Virus genome (UHGV): UHGV-1882326
Direction: 5' to 3' (one strand)
DNA: 64,000 nucleotides
From: a virus
Shown piece after piece: positions 1 through 7,932 of the stretch (positions are counted from its first letter, which is position 1; each line of letters opens with the position of its first letter). The notes below the pieces were generated by a model, which was not told the DNA's origin, searched no databases, and worked only from the letters and a program-made list of their open reading frames with translations. A program made the position numbers and the translations under genes.

Positions 1-130
1 AAAGGTATATAGACTTTCTTGTTATGCGGAGTATGATGATAATTTTTGCTATCATATTTCAATTTTTGATTCCGCAGAAAGTGCGGAAAATCAGCTTAAA
101 GAGTTTAGTTGCGGTAGTTTTAGAAATATT

Positions 131-370
131 TTGGAAATCATGGTAGAAAATATTCTTGCAGGTTTTGACGAAAAATTTAAGAACTCAATTTATGAAAGTC
201 GAAAATCTATGAAAAATTTTTTAAAAAAATACAATCGCACTGATAAAGATGAATGTATTGATAGAATTAAAAAAATTGTAAACGATTTAATTAATCGTTA
301 TGAAATAAGTTATGAAGAAGCAATGATATTATTTGATTATATTTGCGGAAAAGAAAAAACAAGATATTAA
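131..370 (+). CDS. hypothetical small protein (79 aa)
   Basis: ORF in track; no recognisable motif. Confidence 0.3.
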   Translation: MEIMVENILAGFDEKFKNSIYESRKSMKNFLKKYNRTDKDECIDRIKKIVNDLINRYEISYEEAMILFDYICGKEKTRY

Positions 371-537
371 TGATATTAAAAAATTCAAATTGCTTTTTAT
401 TTTTTAGACTTTGAAAAAATTAAATGTTGTCCAAAATTCAGAAGTTGGATTATTTACATGGTTTGACTTCTGATTTTTTTGTATTTGATAGAGAAAAAAT
501 ATAAATCAAAAAAATATAAAAAACATAATGAAAAGTA

Positions 538-575
538 TTGACTTATTTATATATATGTGGTATATTATAACCATG
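538..575 (+). promoter_or_regulatory. sigma-A-type promoter, extended family P1 (TTGACT-17-TATATT followed by ATAACCATG)
   Basis: -35 TTGACT at 538-543, 17-bp spacer, TG-extended -10 TATATT at 561-566; same GTGGTATATTATAACCAT block as at 2942, 3310, 4716, 5689. Confidence 0.55.
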
Positions 576-634
576 TTAAACATAACATAGTTATATCAAA
601 ACCAAAGATAACAAAAAGAAAAGGAGAATGAATT

Positions 635-1222
635 ATGGCAAATTGTTACAATCTGGACGGAGTTAAAAAAAGTATTGAAAAAGAAATTGATAGGTACCAG
701 TGTATGAAAAAAGAATGGGAAAGTGTAAAATTCCCAACAAAGAAAAACGGCGAACCTTTTTCAATAATGAGTAAGAATTTTGAAAACGCTACTTATTTTG
801 GTAGCACTTACTTAGAGCAAGGATATAAAGGTAAAGTATTAAATCCAACTTTAAAAGTTTGTTTTAACACTAAATTATCTGGATATTGTAATGATGAATT
901 GTTTTTATATAAATATGTAAAATACATGGATAATAACAAATTTATTGATAAAAGAGAAAAAAATACTTTTAACGATGTTTATGTTTATGATTTAGAGGAT
1001 ATTAAACAGGCTGTAAATGATAGAATTGATTACCTTGAAAAATATATTGTTTCTTTAAAAAGGCAACTGGAAATTGCTGATAACGCTTATAATACTTTTA
1101 GAGAAGCATATAAAAACGCTATGGAAGTATTAAACAATGTTACAGAAACAACAGAAGATACTTATAGCACGTTAAAAAGTAATATTCGTGATACAATAAA
1201 AGAGCATTATCCATATTGCTAA
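635..1222 (+). CDS. hypothetical protein (195 aa)
   Basis: Strong RBS AAAGGAGAA upstream of ATG; no motif recognised. Confidence 0.45.
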   Translation: MANCYNLDGVKKSIEKEIDRYQCMKKEWESVKFPTKKNGEPFSIMSKNFENATYFGSTYLEQGYKGKVLNPTLKVCFNTKLSGYCNDELFLYKYVKYMDNNKFIDKREKNTFNDVYVYDLEDIKQAVNDRIDYLEKYIVSLKRQLEIADNAYNTFREAYKNAMEVLNNVTETTEDTYSTLKSNIRDTIKEHYPYC

Positions 1223-1231
1223 AAAATCATA

Positions 1232-1573
1232 GTGATATATAAAAAATCAGAAAAGGAAAATAGAAAAATGGATTTTAAAAATATAACAGTAAAAAGTTAC
1301 AATCTTACCAACAATCAAATTGTAACAGAAATTAAAACAATAGGAAATAAAACGTTAGCTTATTTTTTTAGTAGTTATGATTCTACGATTTGCAAGTTAG
1401 ATATTGTAAACAATGTCATTTACGTCCATAAAAACTGGAATTATTCAACAACTACAACAAAGTGGTTTAACAAATTTCTTTCCGTTGTTCTGGAAGAAGA
1501 AGTCAAATTTAAAAAACAGAAAGAAATCAAAACAAAAAATAATATATTTACTGTAATAATGCTTGACAAATAG
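1232..1573 (+). CDS. hypothetical protein (113 aa)
   Basis: ORF with RBS-like GGAAAATAGAAAAATG context. Confidence 0.35.
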   Translation: MIYKKSEKENRKMDFKNITVKSYNLTNNQIVTEIKTIGNKTLAYFFSSYDSTICKLDIVNNVIYVHKNWNYSTTTTKWFNKFLSVVLEEEVKFKKQKEIKTKNNIFTVIMLDK

Positions 1574-1638
1574 TAAAAAATACTATATAATTTATTACAG
1601 AAACAAAGAAAAACATTTATAGAAAAGGAGAAAATAAT

Positions 1639-2865
1639 ATGTATACAATCGCAAATACACAGTGGAGTTTAAAAAAAATTGCACAAGAGATTAAAAAAGG
1701 AAGTATTGATTTTAAATGTGGAGGAGTACAAAGAGGAGATGTCTGGGATAATGCAAGACGTTCTTTACTTATTCAGTCTAGTTTAAAAGGTGATATTATC
1801 CCTTGTCTTTATATCCGCAGAAATGGTGAAAATAAAGATAAATATGAAATGCGTGACGGTAGACAGCGTTGCACAACAATAGCAAAATTTATCAATGATG
1901 GTTTTGTAACATCTGGTATTCCAGAGTATGAAGAAGGTGATAAACTTGATTATCGTATTTGCAGGAATGGTGAAATGGTATCAGCAAACGGTATTAGTTT
2001 TGAAAGTCTTTCAGATGATGAAAAAATGGATTTTCTTACAAGAAATATTACAGTTTATTATATTGACGGTGCAACGGATGCAGAAGCCGATATGATTTTT
2101 TTGAAACTTAACAACGGAAAAGCATTGACTACAGCAGAAAGAAACAGAGCAGAAGCAAAATCAAGAAGTGAAATCATTGATATTGCGAACCATGATATTT
2201 TTAAGCTGATGTTTAGCGAAAAAACGTTAGATAATAACGCATTTGATACCGTTGTAAAATCTTATATTATGTTAAATAATGATAATCCGTCACTGCTCAA
2301 TAAGGACGTTAAACCGTTAATGAAATCTATTGATATTACAGAAGCGGATAAAAAGGAGTTAAATGGTATTTTTGATTATATTTTAGAAACTTACAACGTT
2401 CTGGAAAGTAAGAAAGTTAAAAAAAGAATTGTTGGCAAGACAACATTTTTATCTTTAATTCCTGTTGCAGAACAGGCAATGAATGACGGAAAAATTGCAG
2501 AAGAATTTGCAAGTTTTCTTGATAAGTTTTTCTCTGGAAAAACAACAAAGGAACCAACAATTAGTGCAACTTATAATAATAACTTCTTTGATTCTTCCGC
2601 TAGTCGTATGAAGATTAGATTACGTCATAATGCATTAATGAATGAATATGAAAAAATGTTTAATGGCGAAACTGAAAATGTGTATAGTGAAAACGCAGAA
2701 GATTTACAAGAGGAAATTGATGAAGCGGAAATAGTGGAAGATTATATCAGCATTGACGAATTAAGTAAGCCTGATGAGGAAGTAGCAGAAGATTCTATAT
2801 CAGAAGAACATACAAAGGAAAGCAAACCAGATACAAAAACAGATGAAGAATATCTTAACAATTAA
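1639..2865 (+). CDS. DUF262 / ParB-like nuclease-fold domain protein with long acidic C-terminal tail
   Basis: N-terminal GGVQRGDVW ... IIPCLYIRR ... YEMRDGRQRCTTIAKF matches the DUF262 (GmrSD/DndB N-domain) signature including the DGQQR-type motif (here DGRQR). Second conserved block FLKLNNGKALTTAERNRA. C-terminal roughly 80 aa extremely D/E-rich. No DUF1524/HNH motif seen. Confidence 0.6.
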   Translation: MYTIANTQWSLKKIAQEIKKGSIDFKCGGVQRGDVWDNARRSLLIQSSLKGDIIPCLYIRRNGENKDKYEMRDGRQRCTTIAKFINDGFVTSGIPEYEEGDKLDYRICRNGEMVSANGISFESLSDDEKMDFLTRNITVYYIDGATDAEADMIFLKLNNGKALTTAERNRAEAKSRSEIIDIANHDIFKLMFSEKTLDNNAFDTVVKSYIMLNNDNPSLLNKDVKPLMKSIDITEADKKELNGIFDYILETYNVLESKKVKKRIVGKTTFLSLIPVAEQAMNDGKIAEEFASFLDKFFSGKTTKEPTISATYNNNFFDSSASRMKIRLRHNALMNEYEKMFNGETENVYSENAEDLQEEIDEAEIVEDYISIDELSKPDEEVAEDSISEEHTKESKPDTKTDEEYLNN

Positions 2866-2877
2866 TCTATATGAAAA

Positions 2878-2909
2878 AAGGATATGTATAAAAGCATATC
2901 CTTTTTTAT
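2878..2909 (+). terminator. rho-independent terminator after the DUF262 gene
   Basis: AAGGATATG-loop-CATATCCTT stem followed by TTTTTAT. Confidence 0.5.
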
Positions 2910-2941
2910 TGTAAAAAATATAAAAAAGTATAAATAAACCA

Positions 2942-2979
2942 TTGACATTTTAATGTTTATATGGTATATTATAACCATA
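2942..2979 (+). promoter_or_regulatory. promoter P2 (TTGACA-17-TATATT-ATAACCATAG)
   Basis: consensus -35, TG-extended -10, conserved downstream block. Confidence 0.55.
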
Positions 2980-3006
2980 GAAATTACAACAAAGGAGAAC
3001 AAAGAT

Positions 3007-3282
3007 ATGAGAAAGATTTTATTAACAATTTTAGGAACAGTAGGATTTATTGGAATGTTTGCTTATTGCTGTACGCTTGCAAACAGAACAGAAGTAATGA
3101 CTTGTGTTTCCTGTGAAGGTAATGACATTGTATCAACCTTTGAGGATGCAGACGGTAACTTGTGGGAATATGATCACTACTATGCAATTGTTGGTGATGA
3201 TTACAAGGTTACAATGCACGATAATGATACAATCAATATTTATGACGATTTTATCGTTAAAGTTGTGCCAGTAGAAGATTAA
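3007..3282 (+). CDS. small membrane-anchored / secreted protein (91 aa from internal ATG)
   Basis: RBS AAAGGAGAA at 2991-3000. N-terminus MRKILLTILGTVGFIGMFAYCC is a signal-anchor-like hydrophobic segment. Confidence 0.35.
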   Translation: MRKILLTILGTVGFIGMFAYCCTLANRTEVMTCVSCEGNDIVSTFEDADGNLWEYDHYYAIVGDDYKVTMHDNDTINIYDDFIVKVVPVED

Positions 3283-3309
3283 AAAATCAAAAAAAGTTAT
3301 AATATACCA

Positions 3310-3347
3310 TTGACAAAACTATAAATCAGTGGTATATTATAACCATA
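3310..3347 (+). promoter_or_regulatory. promoter P3 (TTGACA-17-TATATT-ATAACCATAAG)
   Basis: same conserved architecture. Confidence 0.55.
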
Positions 3348-3391
3348 AGATTTAAACCACTAAAGAGAACAATTAAAAAGGAGAAAAAATT

Positions 3392-4027
3392 ATGAAAGTT
3401 GTAACAAGAGAATATGAAGTATATAGTTTTGAGGAATTGGATGTAGAAGCAAAAGAAAGGGTTAAAAGTTGGTATCTTGATGATGAAATAAGAGTAGATA
3501 TGCTAACAGAAACATATGAAGAAAATTTAAGACTTGCGTTTCCTAACAGTGATTTAAAAGTACAATGGTCTTTATCAAGTTGCCAAGGAGATGGAGTTAA
3601 TATTTTTGGAACACTTAATTTAGAAGATGCTTTTAAACTTCCAGAAAGTAATTTTTATGATTTTTTGGATGAATATAAAGGATATTTTACAGAAAAAGAA
3701 AAGAGGACTATTAATTTTTATAATAGTTTATGCGGTAATGATATTACTTTACCAATAAATAGATGTTATACTTATTGCAATGTATCACAAGTTGAAATTG
3801 CATATAATATGGTTAACATATTAAAAAATGAAAATATTAGAAATATTAATATACGTGTTATAGATAAGTTAGAAAAATATATCGTTGATATGATTACAGA
3901 TATTTGTAAAAAAATGGAAAATATGGGATATGATTATCTGTATAATATTGAAAACGATGATTTAAAAGAAATTTGTGATTGTAATAATTGGTGCTTTTTA
4001 AAAGATGGCACATTTTTTACAGAATAA
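3392..4027 (+). CDS. hypothetical acidic protein (211 aa)
   Basis: Good RBS. Acidic, Cys-containing C-terminus. No confident family assignment. Confidence 0.4.
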   Translation: MKVVTREYEVYSFEELDVEAKERVKSWYLDDEIRVDMLTETYEENLRLAFPNSDLKVQWSLSSCQGDGVNIFGTLNLEDAFKLPESNFYDFLDEYKGYFTEKEKRTINFYNSLCGNDITLPINRCYTYCNVSQVEIAYNMVNILKNENIRNINIRVIDKLEKYIVDMITDICKKMENMGYDYLYNIENDDLKEICDCNNWCFLKDGTFFTE

Positions 4028-4058
4028 AGCATAAAACAAAAAGGAGAATAAAAAAACA

Positions 4059-4307
4059 ATGGCAGTATTAAAAAATGATGAACTGGAAACATTACAGAAA
4101 ATAAATAACATCTTGTATTTAACAAACTATGAACATGCTGTATTTTACGAAAGTTTAACAGAAGAACAAAAAACAGATATTGCAAAGTTTACCGGACTTA
4201 TAGGCAAACTGGAAAATGACAGAGATATACAAAGAACAAGAACAAAATTAGCAAATAGAGAAAAGCGAAAAATCAATAAAGATTATGGAAGAAGAAAGCA
4301 GGCGTAA
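4059..4307 (+). CDS. hypothetical protein (82 aa), basic C-terminus
   Basis: RBS AAAGGAGAATAAAAAAACAATG. Confidence 0.35.
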   Translation: MAVLKNDELETLQKINNILYLTNYEHAVFYESLTEEQKTDIAKFTGLIGKLENDRDIQRTRTKLANREKRKINKDYGRRKQA

Positions 4308-4395
4308 CGCTTGCTTTTCTTTTTGATTTAGTACAAGCTAAAATAATAGTGTTTATGCTTTAGGTGATAAATGTATCATGTAATGTGTTAGAATT

Positions 4396-4505
4396 GCTTG
4401 TAGTGGCTTGTAGTGCGTTGTAGCTGTATTCCAGATCGGGTTTATCTGATTATTTAGTTAAGTTATCTGGTTTATCTGTATCTAGTTATCCGGTTATAGT
4501 TTATT
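4396..4505. repeat. iteron-like direct repeat cluster: 3 x GCTTGTAGTG then 4 x GTTATCYG(G)TT
   Basis: 4396-4426 GCTTGTAGTG GCTTGTAGTG CGTTGTAGCTG. 4438-4500 GTTTATCTGATTA / GTTATCTGGTTT / TATCTGTATCTA / GTTATCCGGTTATAG. The same GTTATCCGGTTATAG GTTATCTGGTTTAC motif recurs at about 6377-6410. Confidence 0.5.
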
Positions 4506-4546
4506 TATAATCATAATAAAAATCATTACATTTTTTAAAACGACTA

Positions 4547-4668
4547 TTGACAAAATATATAAAAAGTATTATAATTAAGATAGTTAAAAAAGAATAGTTG
4601 TGGTGAAGAGTCCTAGCCCAGATATAGGAAAAACATGGAAGATACAATTTTTTAAATGTCAGAATATT
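4547..4668 (+). ncRNA. promoter plus roughly 90-nt non-coding module A, paralogous to 5722-5800; candidate small RNA
   Basis: TTGACA (4547-4552), 17-bp spacer, TATAAT (4570-4575). Downstream segment ...TCCTAGCCCAGATATAGG...TACAATTTTTTAAATGTCAG aligns with the segment following promoter P5. No ORF. Confidence 0.3.
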
Positions 4669-4715
4669 TAAAGGAAATTATAGAAAAGTAATATAATTTA
4701 GTTTTAAAATGATGC

Positions 4716-4752
4716 TTGACTTATCGGGGAAAAGTGGTATAATTAAACCATG
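4716..4752 (+). promoter_or_regulatory. promoter P4 for ardC (TTGACT-16-TATAAT-TAAACCATG)
   Basis: consensus hexamers, TG-extended, conserved AAACCAT block. Confidence 0.55.
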
Positions 4753-4792
4753 TTATTAATAAACCAATTACAGAACAAAGGAGAATAAAATC

Positions 4793-5626
4793 ATGGCAAA
4801 AAATGTATACGAAATGGTAACAGATAGGATTATTGAAGAATTAGAAAAAGGCGTTATTCCATGGAAGAAACCATGGAAAAGCATTTCTAATGGTGCGTAT
4901 AACAGAGTAAGTAAAAAACCTTACAGCTTACTTAATCAGCTTATGTTAAAGCATGAAGGGGAATATGCTACATTTAAACAATGGCAGGAAATGGGCGGAA
5001 AGATTAAAAAAGGAGCAAAGTCTGAATTTGTAGTATTCTGGAAAATGTTAGCAGTTGAAGAAGAAAAAGATGGTGCTACTATTACAAAGACAATTCCAAT
5101 GTTAAAATATTACAATGTTTTTCATATTTCACAGGTTGAAGGAGTTGAACCACTGGAAACTGTAGAAGCTACTCATAATGAGCCAATAGAAAAAGCTGAA
5201 AAACTGAAAAATGGTTACAGTATTCGTGAAAATATTCAGATTATAGAAGAAGTTGGAAACAAGGCTTTTTATAGTCCTAGTGGGGATTATATTTGTATTC
5301 CGTGTAAAGAACAATTTGAAAAGATTAATAAATACTATAGCACAGCTTTTCATGAAATGATACATAGCACAGGACATAAGAAAAGACTTGATAGATTAGT
5401 CAATGCAAAGTTTGGAAGCGAAAAATACAGCAAAGAAGAATTAGTTGCTGAAATAGGTTCTGCAATGATATTGAATGAATTAGGAATTGAAACACCAGAT
5501 ACATTTGAAAACTCTACAGCTTATATACAGAGTTGGTTACAGGTTTTAAAGAATGATAACAAGTTTATTGTTAGTGCTTCTGGAAAAGCGGAAAAAGCAG
5601 TAAAATATATCATGGGAATTGAATAA
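4793..5626 (+). CDS. ardC: anti-restriction protein ArdC-like (N-terminal ssDNA-binding DUF1738-like domain plus C-terminal HExxH metalloprotease-like domain)
   Basis: N-terminus ...RIIEELEKGVIPWKKPW... typical of ArdC/COG4227. C-terminal FHEMIHSTGH zincin HExxH motif. Confidence 0.65.
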   Translation: MAKNVYEMVTDRIIEELEKGVIPWKKPWKSISNGAYNRVSKKPYSLLNQLMLKHEGEYATFKQWQEMGGKIKKGAKSEFVVFWKMLAVEEEKDGATITKTIPMLKYYNVFHISQVEGVEPLETVEATHNEPIEKAEKLKNGYSIRENIQIIEEVGNKAFYSPSGDYICIPCKEQFEKINKYYSTAFHEMIHSTGHKKRLDRLVNAKFGSEKYSKEELVAEIGSAMILNELGIETPDTFENSTAYIQSWLQVLKNDNKFIVSASGKAEKAVKYIMGIE

Positions 5627-5636
5627 TGAGCAGGAT

Positions 5637-5668
5637 AAAAGGACTTGAAAAAGTCCTTTTATTTTTTT
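5637..5668 (+). terminator. rho-independent terminator after ardC
   Basis: AAAAGGACTT-GAAA-AAGTCCTTTT followed by ATTTTTTT. Confidence 0.6.
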
Positions 5669-5688
5669 AAAAAATATTATAAAAGTTA

Positions 5689-5727
5689 TTGACAAAACTA
5701 TAATAATCTGGTATACTTAAACCATAC
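5689..5727 (+). promoter_or_regulatory. promoter P5 (TTGACA-17-TATACT-TAAACCATAC) driving module B
   Basis: same family as P1 to P4. Confidence 0.5.
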
Positions 5728-5805
5728 AAAAGATGTGGGGAATCCTAGCAGAGAAGTAACAGAAGATAGGGCAAACAGCTAACGTACAATTTTTTAATTG
5801 TCTGA
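5728..5805 (+). ncRNA. non-coding module B (paralog of 4582-4668) ending in the perfect palindrome ACAATTTTTTAATTGT
   Basis: shares the TCCTAGC, GATAGG and TACAATTTTTTAATTGTC blocks with module A. No ORF. Confidence 0.3.
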
Positions 5806-5919
5806 TAATTCTAATGTTTTCTTTATAGTATTCTAAACATTTATTTATGATATTCCATTGACTTTTATATATAAATTTGTTATACTTTATATAATTATAA
5901 AAAAGAGGGAAGTGAAAAG

Positions 5920-6066
5920 ATGTATTTTACAAAGGACTACAGACAACTTGATACTGTAGCATTGTATTTATTGTATAATAAGGATAGAAAACAGTATAAG
6001 ACAGTATACAGCTTTAAACAGTGGTTAAACAAGTCTTTATTGACCGGAAGTATTAAAAGGCTGTAA
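5920..6066 (+). CDS. small ORF (48 aa), hypothetical
   Basis: ATG at 5920 with RBS AAAAGAGGGAAG and a promoter TTGACT-17-TATACT upstream. Below the track length cutoff. Followed by a strong terminator. Confidence 0.25.
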   Translation: MYFTKDYRQLDTVALYLLYNKDRKQYKTVYSFKQWLNKSLLTGSIKRL

Positions 6067-6114
6067 CAAGGTTTACAATCGCATATAAAGCCGATATAAA
6101 GCGAATAAAGCATA

Positions 6115-6162
6115 GGCATAAACATAGGAATAAAATTTCTTGTGTTTATGCCTGTTTTTTAT
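6115..6162 (+). terminator. rho-independent terminator
   Basis: GGCATAAACA-loop-TGTTTATGCC followed by TGTTTTTT. Confidence 0.6.
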
Positions 6163-6299
6163 TTCAGAAAAATCAAATACAGAAAAGATCGTAGTTGTCC
6201 AGAATAAACCTATTAGAATAGTATGAATTATTACAAGCTAAAACTAGACGTTTTAACACGTCAATAGTAATTTATTCAAATAAGTATGTAAAACGGCTA

Positions 6300-6760
6300 G
6301 AAACGGCTTGTAGCATGTTATAACATGGTTTAAATAGTTTTTAATCGGTCTGGAAGGTTGAAAACGGGCAGATTATCCGGTTATAGGTTATCTGGTTTAC
6401 TGTATGGGAGTTTTTTAGTAAATGAAAAATACTGTTCAATTTTAAATGACTTAAGGGAAATTTGAACTGAATTGTCAAATTGTTTGAAACAATTCACAAT
6501 CGAACAAGTGTTCGGTGATTATCTTTCAGAATTTTCTGAAATTTCCCAGAGGTAAGAAATTCCCCCAGAATATGCGAGAATAATTTTTCCCCACGAAGTT
6601 AGTGGGGATTTTCGTTTTGGTAATAGCGAGATTTAAAAATTCCCCACGGAGTTTTTTAATTTATTTTTTTATTTTCTTTTATTTTCTTTATTGTTTAAAC
6701 ATTTTCTTTTATAATTTTTATCTTATCTATTGACAAAATCTAATGTTTATGTTATTCTTT
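6300..6760. promoter_or_regulatory. ORF-free repeat/palindrome/AT-rich region; candidate replication origin or regulatory hub
   Basis: GCTTGTAGC at 6310, GTTATCYGGTT iterons at 6377-6410, clustered palindromes at 6440-6540 (GAATTGT..ATTGTTTGAAACAAT..ACAATC, CGAACAAGTGTTCG, TTCAGAATTTTCTGAA), three AATT(T)CCCCAC(G/A)GA repeats with hairpin CCCCACGAAGTTAGTGGGG at 6560-6650, then a 100-bp A/T tract (TTTATTTTCTTTTATTTTCTTTATTG). Confidence 0.4.
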
Positions 6761-6804
6761 TGTATAGAAGTTATTAGTGTATAACGAAAGGAGAAAAATT
6801 TTTT

Positions 6805-7290
6805 ATGAAAATGGAAATAGTTTTGACTGAGAAAGAGATTGAAAATTTACCATATATAAGTAAGGGTGAGATTATTAATAATTGTGATTTTTGCATTGAA
6901 ATCAATAAATTTTTAAGACATATAATACCTATTGAAATTAATAAAGAAAAATATTGTAGGTGTAATGGTTGTAATGAAAATATTAATGTTGCTTTTTATG
7001 TAGAAAAAGAACTTAGCAAGAAAGAATATTTCCGTAGATTTATTGAAGAACCTTTTTATAAAAATATTTGCGATTCTTATGTAAAGATTTTAAACTGTGG
7101 TGTTATATTTATTGATGAAACAAGTTCAGACAAAGAAATAAAGTATTTTATTAAACAAGCTATCAATCCAGAAGTAATGTTTGAAGGAAATTTCAAAGAT
7201 TTTAAATTTAACGAGCAACTTGATAAAACTTTAGACCTTACTGAAACTGTTGAAAAAAGATGGTTCGTATGTGTTGAAAGCATATTATAG
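6805..7290 (+). CDS. hypothetical Cys-rich protein (161 aa)
   Basis: ORF preceded by promoter TTGACA at 6732 and RBS GAAAGGAGAAAAA. Several CxxC pairs. Confidence 0.4.
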   Translation: MKMEIVLTEKEIENLPYISKGEIINNCDFCIEINKFLRHIIPIEINKEKYCRCNGCNENINVAFYVEKELSKKEYFRRFIEEPFYKNICDSYVKILNCGVIFIDETSSDKEIKYFIKQAINPEVMFEGNFKDFKFNEQLDKTLDLTETVEKRWFVCVESIL

Positions 7291-7356
7291 AGTATATAAG
7301 ACATTAAGAAATCCAAAACGGTTTTTAATATAAAAAGTATGAAAGGAATATAAAAA

Positions 7357-7932
7357 GTGGAAACTACCCCCTCTATTGATAGAAAGAAACTAGCAGAAGA
7401 AAACCACAATCTTATCTATTGGTTTTGTTGGAAAAATCATTTAGATATAGAAGAGTGGTATGATATAATTGCTATTGGATATATGAAAGGTATTAATTCT
7501 TATGACGAAACAAAAGGTGTTAAATTAAGCACTTACTTAATTAAAATAATGAAAAATGAATATCTGCTAGTATTAAGAAATAAAAAATATGCTAAGTATA
7601 TTCCAGACGAAGAGATTTTATCTTTGGATTTTGAATATAAATTTGATAAAGATAAAGAGAGTTATAATATTTTAGATTTTATTGTAAATGAAAATTCGTT
7701 TTTTGAAAATGATGTTTGCTTTAAGATTGATATTAAAAAAGTATTTAGTGAATTGAAAATTTCAAAACGAAATTATGAAATTTTCATAATGAGATTACAA
7801 GGTGATACATTAGAGAAAATAGCTTCTGAATTTGGAATAACAAGAGAAAGAGTTAGAATAATATGTAAAGATATAGGGAAAAAATTGAAATGTAAATTAG
7901 ACGAAAATGGAGTTGATTATTTTGAAAACTAA
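7357..7932 (+). CDS. sigma-70 family RNA polymerase sigma factor (small, group-5/ECF-like size)
   Basis: Region-2-like HNLIYWFCWKNHLDIEEWYDIIAIGYMKGINSYDE and region-4 HTH KISKRNYEIFIMRLQGDTLEKIASEFGITRERVRIICKDIGKKL. GTG start with RBS GAAAGGAAT. Confidence 0.6.
   Translation: METTPSIDRKKLAEENHNLIYWFCWKNHLDIEEWYDIIAIGYMKGINSYDETKGVKLSTYLIKIMKNEYLLVLRNKKYAKYIPDEEILSLDFEYKFDKDKESYNILDFIVNENSFFENDVCFKIDIKKVFSELKISKRNYEIFIMRLQGDTLEKIASEFGITRERVRIICKDIGKKLKCKLDENGVDYFEN

Noticed and set aside
3392-4027. ArdA-type anti-restriction (DNA mimic) protein
   Set aside because: The protein is acidic, but the ArdA N-terminal signature (VYVG.W..YN.G...G.W) is not present. Left as hypothetical.
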